Positions 50,393-64,000 of a DNA stretch of 64,000 nucleotides are shown one piece after another. Source of the DNA: Perkinsus chesapeaki ATCC PRA-425 (Eukaryota; Protista; Perkinsozoa); contig JAAPAO010000047.1 in NCBI GenBank assembly GCA_013115145.1, positions 1-64,000 of the forward strand, read 5' to 3'. The position numbers and the translations under genes are program-made. The notes under the pieces are model-generated. The model saw nothing but the letters and a program-made list of their open reading frames with translations, had not been told where the DNA came from and did not search any database. Numbering within the stretch: the first letter of the stretch is position 1; every line of letters begins with the position of its first letter.

Positions 50393-50508
50393 TTTGCTAT
50401 TTTTGTGATTTGTCACTGCAACACTTGTTGTTCTATTTAAAATTTGCTCTGCATGTTAATTGCGTTCATTTGCGTAACTCGACGTAAAATCCCGGCAGTG
50501 TATTAATA

Positions 50509-52322
50509 ATGTCGACCGCAGCCCCCGCGGTGGTCCCGAGGCGGTGGTCTGTAGCCCCAGCTACTTGGGCGTACATTCTGCTCCTTATCAACATCGTTAT
50601 TGGAGCGGGATGGGAGGTGTTATCGAAGCTAGTGTTATCAAATGTAACCATCAATGTACTCACGCTGGCCTTTTACCGGCAAAGTAGGCAGCAGCTTACT
50701 CCACTTGTTCCATACCACACTTCTCTCAGTTCTCAGCGCAGTGGTATTACTTGGGCTCCTCGACCGCACCTTCAAGCTCCCAAAGAGGGAGGACGTGTCT
50801 TCTCTGGCTAAATTAGGCATTTTTACCAGCTTGGGAATTATTTGTTTTTTCAAAGGTAGAACACGTCCCTGAATTTCCTTTATTTCCTTCCTCTCAGGTA
50901 TCCGGCTTGCAACCCCCATCATCTGCTCCTTGTTGCATCCGACGTTCCTTGTCTTCTGTTATTTCTTTGGGCTCATCCAGGGATCTGAAACTTACTCTCG
51001 GCACAAAGTGGGGGGCGTGGCATTGTGCGTTGGTGCTGCCATGGCGGCATCCCTTATGGGAGAGGAACTTCGCCAAAGTAAGCGATGCTAACGTTGTTAA
51101 CATCATTTGAGTACCAAACTTGTCCCGCCGAAACGAACGCTATGACTGGCAATTTGATCTCCGAAATTACTAGGTTTAATGTCGCCCGCTTTGGGCCTGT
51201 CGGGACAGGCCGCTTGTCTTGCCGAGATTTGATGTAGCTCCGAAGCGGCGACCTTTACCCTGAGGCTAATCGAGTGCAGTGTCAGCAGCACGAAGTAATA
51301 CCCTCGGCATTTAGGTACCGGAGAGCTCAATTGGAGCGTCCTCTTTGGCACTTTGCTCCTCATGGGTGGAACAATCTTCGCAGCGCTCATGGTGGTATAC
51401 CAGCGCGAATCTTTCCATCTCCCCCTCGTATACGTTGAAGGTAAATAATTCCAACGTGGTAATTATTAGTCTGCTTCCCTCAGGCTACGCTTATGTATTT
51501 GCAAGCGTGGTTACATTAGTATTAGTGACAGTGTGAGTTGGAAGTCACCTCCTCGAAGCTTTCTACGTTTTGCTGATTCAGGTCACAATTTTTCTGCTTA
51601 GTGTCCGGTAGCGAATGTGCAGATATGACTTTCGATCTGGGTTTGGTCGGAGAAAACGGAAAGCTTCATTTCGAAGGTAAGCATCACCGCTATTGCTGTT
51701 AACAATTCTACATACTTATTCTGGCACAAATTCTTCGTGTGTCAGTGAGAGATCATACTAGTGTAAGGCAACTATAGGAAATTTTGAGCTCCTTGCCACC
51801 CACGGAATGGAACGATTAAGCGAAGAAATTTTGGATCTTCCACAGAATCTACCCGTGTGTTGGTATACCTCATAGGTTGACATATTCTTGTTTGCTGGTC
51901 AGGCTGGCTACTGCTCCTTTACGGTGTTGTATTGATGTCTTGTGTCCTCTACTGCACTATCAACTGGGCCAACCGGCAGACTTCGCCAGCAGTGGTAGGA
52001 TACTCCCATCCTCAACCTCTGAGATGATGCTTCATAGGTTGCTAGCTTCGCCACATTACAGCCAGTCGGCACTGGTGCAGTACAGTACTTGGCTACTGGT
52101 AAGCAGGTCATCTCACTAGCTCAGGTGAGGCCTTTCCAGATGTCGAAACGGTTAGAAGGTTTTCTTTAGGTCGCGATGTATCTGTTCGCGGTTGTTGGTG
52201 TTATATTAGTGTCTTTTGGGCCTCCTACGAGCCAACAAGAGATGACCGCTAAATCAACCGAATATAAGACGGCAGCGAGTGACGTTGAAACTGGTGACTC
52301 TGAAAAAGAGCAGCTTGAATGA
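50509..52322 (+). CDS. EamA/DMT-family transporter, tandem paralogue 2
   Basis: WAYILLLINIVIGAGWEVLSKLVLS...LTLAFYRQ; similar exon layout to paralogue 1; ends TGDSEKEQLE*, TGA 52320-52322. Confidence 0.83.
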
Positions 52323-52539
52323 TGTTTCCTGACGTAGTCTTTTCACATGAAAGATGATTCTCAACTGTTAGAGCTTGTTCTACGGTGAAACGCTTTTTGG
52401 GCTTGGCCCCAGTATAGATTTGACGAGCCGCCCCGCGACCAGGCATAGTGGTTATCGACGCACATCTCATCCGTGTTGTTATGAAACTCGAAGTGTCCCA
52501 ACTAAGCGACACCTCATTCACGTCGATTAATCTTTAGAT

Positions 52540-53352
52540 ATGACAATTGGAACTCACTCGGCAGCTGTGCCATTTTATAGCCTCATTATCATAAATCATC
52601 ATCATGTCGAGTTGAATTAGATATTAATCGGGATAGCCTTCCTTGTCGCCGACAAGTTGTCGGTTTGGCCTGGCAATTGGCCATGGTGAAGACAATTTGC
52701 TGTCAAACGAACATCTATGTAGCCCGGGGTCTATAGAAGGGGTCCGGGATCCGGCCTGCAGATCGGTGTTGTTGAATTCGAACTTGTTCAGTTCTAGGTA
52801 GTTTTCCAACGGGGGGCTCCTTCTATAGAAGCTTGCTTTCTAAAGAGGCTTCTAAAGCGTGTAGACTACCAGTGGCACTACTATTCACAATGGCCTTCAA
52901 TTGAGCAACGTGCTCTTCACCACCTCTTTGTGCGCCTCTCGCAATCACTCACCATTGGTTGTTTATGAGATGGTTTGTAAGGGTTTAGTATGAGCCTCAC
53001 GGCAGCCATCACCCTACCAGGCATTCGCTCTCACTATACACCTTATGCCCCCATGGATCACCTTCCATACACCGCATCGGTGTCGGCGCACTCCGGTCTT
53101 ATTTACTTCACGGAAGCCGCTGGTCAGTCCCGTTCGGTCAATGGGGACTCAAGTAGCATTGTCGTTGATCCTCTTCTCTATGTCTTTAACATTTCGTAGG
53201 CACTTGCTGCCCTCGCTCACGTACCAGAGAACAATGGGGCTCTCTCTAATGTAGTGGAAGGATCGTCGAAGTTCCCGCAGTTAGTCGAACTGAATAATAG
53301 CGATATTCAGAACACCTCTGTATTCGATAAGATCAAACATAGGAGAAAGTAG
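52540..53352 (+). CDS. Possible multi-exon hypothetical protein
   Basis: GT-AG-bounded open segments, e.g. GSFPTGAPSIEACFLKRLLKRVDYQWHYYSQW (52800-52960) and GIRSHYTPYAPMDHLPY. Frame at the ends uncertain. Confidence 0.3.
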
Positions 53353-53772
53353 TCCATATTGAGGCCACCTTATAGCAGCACTGTGTTGCTTTTCAGACGT
53401 GGCAGCCGATCAGCGCTGGCGATTTATACCCCACCAAGCCAGTTGAATGGCGTCAGTGAATTTGCAGAAAGCAGGGATATCTCCATGCAGTTTACATATA
53501 TAGCTCGAGCTTCGGTCAGGACAGTCGCGTTTGAACTTTTGCTGGTTCACTGTTTCGTGCAGTTAGTATGGACGGAATTGGTCTGTTAGCAGTTGTATAT
53601 TTCGCCACCGTTTGGCGAACAGCCCCCTAGGAGAAACTGTCTGTTCTTCATTATTTTGTGATGGAGCGTTTGAATGGCCGCCATTCACGGTAAACTTATG
53701 ATAATGAATATCAAATAAATGCTATATATAAATAATTCACATCATTCGAGCTGTTCTACAATAGGGAAAATT

Positions 53773-56400
53773 ATGTTTCGGCTGTTAGCGTAACGAACTC
53801 GGGGCGCACATGGTACTTTAGTGAAGTAGTGTACCCGTTCAGATACGTGATGTATCAGTATGGCAGTCCATTGGTTTCCAGACGATGCGGCAACTGAAAC
53901 AGTTGAATACCACAGACATTGCCGCTGTCGCTCGAGCGATGGCATCCATGGGCTATCGCGATACCTTTGTACTGAATGGCCTGGCAGATGCTATGTGGTG
54001 CCTCGCTAAGGTTGGTAAGCAGCAGCGGACGGTTCACCATTGATGAGTTAGATGAGGCGAGGAAAGCTGTTTGACTCATCGGAGATACTCTATTCCTTCC
54101 GGAAATTGAACTTCATTCCAAGAATGGTCGCGCTCGATGCTATTACGGCCGACTTGAGGAGACAAGGCTGGGATAAGTACAAGTGGCGCAGCGCCGACAT
54201 TTCCAGAATCTTTTTGTGAGGACTCTGAAAGGAGCTTGTGGGTAATTATGCTCCACTGGTCAGATACTACTCCTCCCTGCCGCCGAGGGTAGCGGACAAG
54301 CTTCGCGACCAAGATTTCCTTCCTGATTTAGAGGCCCACATTGAAGCTAAGCTTGGAAGAATGTCCGCAAGGGATCTCTCGTTGATATCTCGAGCCACTA
54401 GCATTGATCTTGATCGCATCACTGAGGCGTTGCTGCGGTCGAAGGACATCTCTACCGATAACTTGCTTTACTACTGCGTTACGCTCTTGAAGGCGGGGGT
54501 CACCAGACCACCGGCAAACTTCATGAATCGCGTGAGGCGCGAAATTGACTCGACCTTCACGCAGCTGAAACCGGCTCAAGTGGAAAGATTCCTGCACATT
54601 TTTATGAACTTCGAGAACTTCAGTGATGAGAGGATTCTTACGTGTTTGGCGCGCGCCACGGAATCCAACTTGGAACGGATGAGCCAGCGGCGGCTGAGGT
54701 CGATTCTCCTTGCCTTTTATCGTCTTTGCAAAGCCAATAACTCTATGCTGCCCCAGTTGGCAGCGAGAGTGCGAGCGACTGTTCCTCGAGAAGATATCCA
54801 CGCAGAGACAATCGTCATGCTTATGCGTGCTTTCACCGCCGAGACACCTTTGAAACAGCAACAGAATATCCGGCTCATTATGAATGACCTTGGGCGGCAA
54901 TTGGTCGAGCGGCTGAAGCCCAGAGGGCAACCGCTAGGGCGAAAAGCACGAGACAGCGGAGCCGCCACCCCGAACATCACTACGGACTCGGGGAGTAGGC
55001 ATATGGAGGCAGTCGTACCAACAAAGAATATAGAGACTTCGAAGCTCGAGGCCGGGGCAGGCCGCCGCAGGGAAGAGCAAGCTTCGCCTCCTTCGCCAGC
55101 TGCGGCGCGAACGAGCGTCGAGGAAACGGCGGCCCGGAACGGAGACCAGATTTTAAGTATCAAGTATGCACCAGTCAGCTCCACCGTAGACGATGAAGCT
55201 GGCATGGAGTTGGATGAAGATCAGCTTGCTGTGCTCAAGCAAATGGAAGAGGAAGTTGAAATTATGCAAAGTGTGAAATCTCACGAGATCGCTGGCAAGG
55301 AAGCGGCCGAGATGAGTACGCCTCTTGACCTCGGTCCCAGAGGTGAATATGAGGAATATATCAACTCGGATAGGGTGCCCCGCCTAATGCACGTTATTGC
55401 TGGTAAACACCCTGCACACAATCGGCTAGTGCGCAAACTGAGGCGTATGGAGAGGAAGTTGGCCGATGTTTACCCCGACAAGGACGATGATGAGCCTGTG
55501 ATAAGGTCTCGAGAATACAGGGAGGTCGTTCGGCGATGGAAGGCCCGGAAATCGAGGGAGCTCACCGGTGTGGAAAAACACCGACTGGCTGCCGGCTTCG
55601 AGAGATTCACTATTCGGTGGAGGAAATGGAGGCGAAGAATTCTTGCTCGGTACACCAACGTGGACTTTGATTCATTGAAAAAAAGCGGACCCGCTAAACT
55701 AAGAAGCGGCGTACCCCGACCTAAGAAGCTAGCCTATCCACAGAAAAACTTCTTAGCGTTGAGAAAGAGCGTCGCCTTAGCTGAGGCGTTGAAGGACTCA
55801 GAGGGATTGGCTTGCCGGTCTGAAATATACGAGTGTCTGGTGCGAAATGCCCGGACGCATATTCGGGTCATTACTGACGCCAAGACAGCGGTGGACGAAT
55901 TTTCCGAACTTCTTGTGGCCATCTCGGCCAGCGGCGAGCAATTTGATGCGTTGGATGGACCTGTTGTGGCTGGGCTCACAGAAGCTTTGAAGCGAGATGG
56001 AGCGAACGGTGCGTACTTAAACTTGGCTACTGCCTATACCGAAATAACGAATTACACTGGTGAGGTAGATAAGGACGTTGCACGCTCGTTGCTTGATCGA
56101 TGCTTGGACGACCCGAGTGTGCGACCTGATGATCTTGTGATACATGCTCGGGCCGTAACGGTTTTGGTTACCGCAATTGGAGAGAGAAGACAGGAGGTGA
56201 AGCATCGTGTGGCTAGCGCATTGGCAACCCCATCAACTGAGGTTCTCTCTTCGGCATCGGTGCTCCAGAATTCTCTGGCATGCCTATATATTCTCGGGGA
56301 GGATGTCAAACCAGTGTGCAAGCGCTTGTCACTGAGTGAGGAAACGGTCGAGAGGGCTGCGGCGGCGATACGTGCACGTTTTCCGTATGTTTCTGCATGA
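53773..56400 (+). CDS. Helical-repeat protein (HPR/OPR/FASTK-like), possibly mitochondrial RNA-binding
   Basis: Large terminal ORF 54238-56400. Upstream exons include DIAAVARAMASMGYRDTFVLNGLADA. Repeats such as RRLRSILLAFYRL..NNSMLPQLAARV. Candidate start MFRLLA at 53773. Family assignment is by resemblance only. Confidence 0.6.
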
Positions 56401-57142
56401 TGTTTCTTTCACTTGTCATACTGTCGCGTTCGATAGTTGAGTTAAACACTCCTTGCGAGTTAAAGAAACAGTTACATCGCTATCAGCACAATTCGAGCAC
56501 AGGACAAGAATATATGGCACAAACAGAGCTTAGGGGGGTCAAGAAAGTTCCTGTCGTCTACGGTAGACGGTCTACCCACTACTGCGGTAGAGTCCACACG
56601 TTGATCCCACAAACATTATCAACCTGTCATGCCAGTTCCGAATTCCGGCCACTTAGGCTCTTCAAAAGAATACTTTCGAGTGAAATAAATAATTGATGAC
56701 GGCCAGGTGTTACACGTTTGTTGAAATACTTCGCGTAAAGTCTTAGAAGATTCGGAGATGAAGACTCCCGTTGACTCTTTTTCAGTCAGTCGCAACTCGC
56801 TCTAAAGTTGATACTTCATGTAACTCGGGTTTGAAACCGCTGGATTCAATGACATGGCGCGAGGTAGCCCACAATTGCGCCATGGAGAGGGCTCGATGCT
56901 AGCTTACTATTACGCAGACGTCATTAGAACCGTGGCTATGTCTTGACCACGTTGTGTGTTGACTACACTGATACTACGTACGCATTGTAAGGTACGATGT
57001 TCGATAAGGATACAACAACCAATCTTCGCCAATCTATTGTGCGGACGTGGCGCACTCACCAGAACGGCTCACGTCACCTAACAGTGGAAGCGCGTCACTG
57101 GATGGTAATTCAAGACAGAGGCACAGCTGAAAGGCGTTCATA

Positions 57143-58795
57143 ATGCGACTCTCTTCCTTCATTATTACTCTGGGCCGATACGTGAGCGCGGAAGGCTTCG
57201 CTGGCGGCGCCCAACACTACGAGTTCATAACCGAAGTGAGGCAACATTGTGTCCAGGATGCTGTGGACGCTCATGACAATCTGATACCGTGCAAAGAGTC
57301 CAGAAAAGCTGAGACGCTTGGGATGACATTGCCTGGAATGGAAGATGGTATTTTGACTACAAGGAGCCATACTATTGTTACTGCTGATGGGGAAGTTGCT
57401 GTAGAGGCTCATCCTAGCCATCCGTATCAGTACTTCATGAACATCAAGACAGCCGATAGCTATCGAGTTGAACATCTAGTCGGTGGTCGAAGCTACCTGG
57501 TCGGTGAAATTGCAACGCATCCACGAGTGGCTCCGACATTTGGCGGGTCGGCAACTCTCGAAGAGGATGAATGGACTTTTGACGAATCCAGGTGCGCTGG
57601 TAACACATGTGAAGATGTATGGACTAAAGACAGTCTCGTTGAGCCCGGGACACCTAATGGCATACACTTCACTGCTATGTACTCCAGCAACCTTATGCCA
57701 AACAAGTGGACTCTTTATATGAACCACTACGATTATACGCCATTACGAATCGTTGCCTCCAATGACATGCATGAGGGAACGGTTCACCAGGAAGTTATCT
57801 TTAAAAGGTTCCACAAACACAGTGGACATCTATCGGTGCTCGAGGCCCGTGAACGCCTCTTGGATATATATCAAACTAAAAGTGATGCTCGCGGACTCAG
57901 CCCGGTGGAAGCAGGAGGTCTTGCCGGGCATACACACCATTTCAGAAGCCAGTTGCTTCATGGTATGATACCCGAAATATCCAGACTGCCATCCGTCCTA
58001 TCCGACTGGCACCAAATCAACGACTCTACTGGCGTCGCCACTATACGGTATGATATTATCGAACCTGGGTCAGCTGCGGACTTGTACTTCTCAGCTCTTG
58101 AGGATCGGCGTGTGTTAAATGAAGTGATGGACTTTGAGTACCCCAAGGGATGCGCTAAGAAAAATATTTCAGATCACTACTGTCTGTCTGTAGATGCAAA
58201 CGAGACAGTAGCAGAGGACCAGTTCAGCTTGGAGGCTGGTATCACTATCCCCGATGTTCATCATCCTGCTGATACTGCAACACTAAAACTCCATGCCATT
58301 CTAGGTCTCAAGAATGACAACGGCTTAGCCCTCGACTTCTCCCTCGAGGCCCAAGGATGTGCAGTGGTGTGGCAAGGAGGCGTGGTTGTGAGTCTAGCAG
58401 TTACGGCTTGTCTATCGGCTCATGCTACTGGGCACGACTTGCTCGATCCAGCTACCAGGACTTTCAGTGGCGCCATTACCGTTTCTATTATTTTCCATCT
58501 AAAGATTCCCAAATGGCATGTTCCCGCTGCGGTGCAAGTAGATGGAACTATCGGCTGCTCAGCTCACCCGTCTAATAATATCACGGCTTTTGGAAGACTG
58601 GGTGTAACTGTCAGTGTTCCCCATGCAGGGGCCAGCATGATCTTCGATTTGGCCGCAGCAACCACTGACCACAAAGCAAACAGATGGGAGTTCGCTTCCG
58701 GTGTGAGCCTTTCTGCGTGGGTGAAAGTGTGGTTCTGGAAACCTCGATGTGATCGGAGGTTTCCTTTGTGGCATGTAGGCCCTACAACTTTTTAG
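57143..58795 (+). CDS. Intronless, probably secreted 550-aa protein of unknown function with a beta-rich C-terminal domain
   Basis: Uninterrupted ORF; N-terminus MRLSSFIITLGRYVSA resembles a signal peptide; scattered Cys; C-terminal half has alternating-hydrophobic strands. Confidence 0.8.
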   Translation: MRLSSFIITLGRYVSAEGFAGGAQHYEFITEVRQHCVQDAVDAHDNLIPCKESRKAETLGMTLPGMEDGILTTRSHTIVTADGEVAVEAHPSHPYQYFMNIKTADSYRVEHLVGGRSYLVGEIATHPRVAPTFGGSATLEEDEWTFDESRCAGNTCEDVWTKDSLVEPGTPNGIHFTAMYSSNLMPNKWTLYMNHYDYTPLRIVASNDMHEGTVHQEVIFKRFHKHSGHLSVLEARERLLDIYQTKSDARGLSPVEAGGLAGHTHHFRSQLLHGMIPEISRLPSVLSDWHQINDSTGVATIRYDIIEPGSAADLYFSALEDRRVLNEVMDFEYPKGCAKKNISDHYCLSVDANETVAEDQFSLEAGITIPDVHHPADTATLKLHAILGLKNDNGLALDFSLEAQGCAVVWQGGVVVSLAVTACLSAHATGHDLLDPATRTFSGAITVSIIFHLKIPKWHVPAAVQVDGTIGCSAHPSNNITAFGRLGVTVSVPHAGASMIFDLAAATTDHKANRWEFASGVSLSAWVKVWFWKPRCDRRFPLWHVGPTTF

Positions 58796-59375
58796 ATTTT
58801 TATTAGGGATCATTTCCCACGTTTTACTCCGTGGATTTTTGGGGGTTTTCATTTATCCCAATTCATCATTTATGGGTGCATCGAAGAGCTTTGGAACGAC
58901 GAAGTCTACAAGCTCTCCGGTTTCCCATTCAGAGAATTTCGGTGCCGAAAGTAGTACAGTAGTTTTACCGGAAATTATGTGCTGATTTCACTTGTCAATT
59001 AACGACAAGATTCTGTGAGCTCCGTCCGGCGAAGCAGCCTGGGCAGGTTTTGTCCGACATTAGAACCGCAAGAGATTTCCAGGGTTTGGCTTGAAACGCG
59101 CAGTGTTACCGGGATTGCAGTGAACCTTCAAAGGGCTTCAAGTCTTCAACTAATGTAGCTTGAATATTAGTTATTCAGATTTCAAACACATCAATTATCG
59201 TTACACTTCTCGAGTTCGACCCGTAGCTTTGGTACGTTAGGACGTCCATCTCATTAAACTCATAATACAAGACATTTAATTATGGACAGTGAGTTTAGCG
59301 AATCTTATGAATCATTTTACCGTCGAGTTAGTAAAGCTATCAGTTAGCAGAATAGCAAGATATTAAGTCGACCCT

Positions 59376-61458
59376 TCAATGGGCCGAAATGTTTGTGGTG
59401 TTGCAAGTTCCTGAGAAAGATATCCCCAAGCAAGACACAAACGGCGTTACATTGCCGCCGGACGGCAGCGAGATTTCTCCATGCTCCATCTCCTTTGGGC
59501 GCAGAAGCTTCTCGAGAATCTTCTCTGGAACCATCGTCAGATGCGCTCTCCCTAAGCGTGCAAGCTCCTCCTTAGTTTTCCCTGCCGCTTACACCGATAC
59601 ACTATCAGTTTCTTCCCCTTCCTCTTCGGTACGGCTCTCGGGGGCCTCCTCAGTCAGAGGTTCGCTCTTCGACTCCCACTCATCAGAGTAAGCTTTCTTA
59701 GCTAAACTCGATGCATCGCCATCCTCCTACACAAAAAATCCATTTTCAATTCCGCCCACCAATATACTTTAGTAAGATCGCTCCTTGTTATTCCCATCTT
59801 GCGAAGGCGACACTCTTCAGCCAGCCGATAAGCCCGAGCAAACCCGAACCTGCGCCGAATCGGCGTCAAGTGCCAGCAGGGACCAAATCGGTGGCTACTT
59901 TTTTATAGAGAAAGTCTTACTCTTAACCTTGCCATCTTCATCCCAGCGAGCCATCCAACTCCGGGCTACAAGACAACAGTTTGCCGCAACGACATAACGG
60001 TTCATTCATCATACTCCCCCCGACCCATGTGATGCCTTTCACTCTAGGATGAGCACTCGGTGGTGGAGCTGGTACGACCCTCGATCTATTGCCAGAATCG
60101 AACTGGTGGTGAGCATCGCTGCGGTGGACCTCAAGGACAGTCGTCCCGTATTAGAAGCGGGAATATTGTTACCCTATCGAACCCTTCCGCACGAGCAACC
60201 TTCGAGGCTCGATGCGTATCACTTTGGTCATCCTCTTGCGGCCGCTCTTGACGCCTACTTATCACCATTATTACTCTTACTCCCTTCCCACTGCTACTTT
60301 ATGCCATAGAACTTCTCCATCTCAGCCCCCCATGCCGCTCGGAGGTCGGACCGTTCCTGTAGTAAATTGTGCCTGAAGGTTATTATCTCATATTACCGAG
60401 TTATCCGCTCCGTTCCTATCTGTCCATGATGCACCAGAAGGTTGACTCTGAAACCAACAGCAGGCATTCACGTCATCCCTCGCAATGGCTTCTCACCGAG
60501 TGTGCAGCATGTCCAATCCGAGCAGCCCACGCTCCCCCAGGGGATGTCGCAGAGGAGGAGGCAGGACCGCCAGTGGTCCTAATAATAGAGTCAAGATCAC
60601 CAATATACGACCATCCCAAACTTCCACTCTTCAGCTTAGGTCGCCTCACATAAAAATACCGGAAAGATAACAACAAGCAACGATCCCGCCAAAGGGGATT
60701 CCTCGGATGGCTAGACCCAGACTAATCCTAATATCTCCATCGGCAAAGGGGATCCAACAATTTCTCTCCCATGGACGCGGCAGATTTCCTCTAGTAATAC
60801 CCCGCAAGCCCCTGTACCTCATAGATTGAGCAGGAAATGGTGCTCGTTGACTGGTTGGTGATGGGGAGTGTCCTGTATGACTCCCTGCTGAAGTGTGCAT
60901 TGCCGCCGCTTGGGTCATCCTCGCGTAAGAAGTAGCGTAGTTCCTCCGGAACTGAACGTTGATAGTTATCTCAAGCTGACGGAACGGCTTACTACCTTGG
61001 CCCACTCCAAGCCAAGTCTTTGTTTTTCATATTCCACTCGTCTTCGCTCATTCTTGAGGGCGAACAACAGAGTGGCGAGGGATTCCAGAGTCGATTCCAG
61101 TGCAGACTGAAACAAGGTGCAGGCTGCAGTACTAGGCTAGTGAACAACTTACAAGGGCATCGATATTGGTAGTGACCGAGGAACTGGCTTGTCGCTGATG
61201 GGGCGCACCACAGCCCAGTTCGGACAGCATGCCCGGCCCGCTGGTAAACAGCGGTGGAGGAGGCGGACTTCCGTGATCCATTCTTGGGTAAATCTTCAAG
61301 CACAGCCAACACCGAGACGGGGCCACTCCTGAGCTCTTTGGAGACGAGACGCCGACGAGGATGATGACGATGTCTCGCGCCACGCTAATTCACTGAGAAC
61401 GCAAGACTGAGGTGCAGGAAGCGTCGCTGCTGTTGCTAGCCGTAGGCAGTATATTCAT
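59376..61458 (-). CDS. Multi-exon low-complexity hypothetical protein with a coiled-coil segment
   Basis: Minus-strand exons SALESTLESLATLLFALKNERRRVEYEKQRLGLEWAK, YSDEWESKSEPLTEEAPES and KTKEELARLGRAHLTMVPEKILEKLLRPKE...NISAH* (TGA 59376-59378). Start uncertain. Confidence 0.5.
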
Positions 61459-61761
61459 AGGAGAGTATAGTACGATGGTAATTAATGGCAACGATCATGC
61501 TAATATCCGAACGAGACTTAAATGTCTCATCGGTACCACGATTGCCATAGAGTAATAATACAGTAATACGAAACCAGCAACAACAATCAATCGAGTGACA
61601 TACACCGAGACGACGGTCATGAGAGGCTTACAGAAATAAACAGTAGAAAGCAGGTGTAACGTTTAGAGCTCTTTTCATGGGCCTATCAACCGAGACTGCG
61701 ATGACCGTTAACTGCTGTTGTTGTTGTTAGTTCGAAAAGTAGTACTGCAACCATAGGAGGT

Positions 61762-62300
<539 letters not shown>

Positions 62301-62785
62301 TTAAGAATAACGAAGGGAAAATAACAATGCCTACTGGTCTCTTTCGAATACGCCTGTGACGTAGGTTAAAAACGCAATTAATAAAACCCAGAAACTGTTG
62401 ATCGATGTTGATGCAGACTATCCTGTGTTCATGGCTCAAAGCTCTACCTTCTCGCCACTACCCAGAGGGTGACGGCTATCGAGAGGGACAGAGATTGTGC
62501 CAATAACGATGTTGATGTTAATGCTGAGGTGTAAACAATCTTATAAACATTGATTCCTAGAATAGTAATAACTATATCTGAGCCTCTGCCACCGCCGCCG
62601 CTACCGCCCATTGTGTAATGACGCAACTGCTGATGGTGGTCTAATGGCAACTGACAATATCAGTGTAACAAGTGTATTAAGTACGGTAACAGCATCATCA
62701 TAATCATCACCGATGCCTAAGGTCACCATCAGTTCGTCTTAAGCTGCATGGGCAGCAGCAGCAGTAGTAGCTAGTTCTCTCTTCT

Positions 62786-63318
<533 letters not shown>

Positions 63319-63499
63319 TTAAATTCAAGGGAAAACTGAAATACCAAATTAACGAAAAATGACAAGTTCGCGATAAGTTAGCCATCAAGGGTGCGATCCC
63401 TGAAGTGGTAGCAAAGCGAGTGATATCAGGAGAGCTAGCGTTTACAGTAGAAGGCCTCTAAACTTGACAAGGGACTAGCGGCACATTGTTTGAATTCTG

Positions 63500-64000
63500 T
63501 TAAACGTTACATGCATTTACATATTTTTAATGAAGGCTAAGCGCAAGTTCCACAAGAGGGGCCAAGCTGACCTATTTTGAATCTAAGGGATATGCCCGTA
63601 ATGGCCGAAGCGGACAGATATTGTGGAGAAGACAACGTTCAAGAACGAGCAGTGCGACACAAATCCGCTGAGCCGCCAACAGCTAGGCCGTTTTAAAACA
63701 TGCGAGTACTTCCGTAAACGAAATTACTCGCGCATAATCGTTCGTATCTCACTTGTTTCTTGGGAGAACCTACTATGAGTCGCAGTAGCACACTGAGTGA
63801 TGCTACAACCCGGCTTGATGAGTACCTCAGCAGCCAAGAAGGAATAGAACTCCCATATAGAGCTGTGGGTTTGACTTGAGAATGATTAGTTGTCATTACT
63901 GGTCATCCCACCAGGTGACACCGAATCAACCTGAAAAGTATCCTGTGAAGACCATCTTGTACTCTCAAGGCATTCCTGTGGCTAGAAAAGTAAGCTCTGT
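63500..64000 (-). CDS. Probable 3' part of a spliced gene entering from beyond the window
   Basis: Short GT-AG-bounded segments (VDSVSPGGMT, SNPQLYMGVLFLLAAE). Not identifiable. Confidence 0.25.

Noticed and set aside
59208-59226. Intergenic GAGTTCGACCCG and a similar hit at ~36445
   Set aside because: Weak T-loop-like matches with no supporting tRNA context; not counted in the family.
59389-59691. Plus-strand Ser-rich 100-aa ORF
   Set aside because: The minus strand gives better exons (acidic YSDEWESK..., KTKEELARL...) with splice sites.

Overview
Eukaryotic, intron-dense, gene-compact genomic DNA. Many short (about 45-80 nt) GT-AG introns and alveolate-like genes suggest a perkinsid (Perkinsus-like) protist; this is inferred, not proven. 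No bacterial features, CRISPR, rRNA or complete tRNA were found. Genes in order: multi-KH + Q/A-rich + C-terminal GYF protein (-); two small hypotheticals (-); a 22-kb kelch/IPT/filamin-headed outer-arm dynein heavy chain (+); an intronless secreted tandem pepsin-like protein with degenerate catalytic motifs (+); ERK7/MAPK15 (-) head-to-head with WDR70 (+); two tandem EamA/DMT transporters (+); a helical-repeat putative organellar RNA-binding protein (+); an intronless secreted beta-rich protein (+); a low-complexity hypothetical (-); two tandem UBC4/UBE2D E2 genes with a near-identical internal tract (-). There are three minisatellites, two of them spanning N gaps. The main unexplained signal is in the introns. 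At least 14 introns of four unrelated genes carry tRNA 3'-half/T-arm (B-box)-like fragments in both orientations, some filling most of a 49-62 nt intron. Two further short motif families (GCWTCGCTCCGCTA and GCGCCACGAAATTG/TCACGCGCC) are shared between introns of unrelated genes. Together these suggest an undescribed set of tiny dispersed or intron-generating elements, or TFIIIC-type sites. Exon boundaries were traced by eye and are approximate unless stated.
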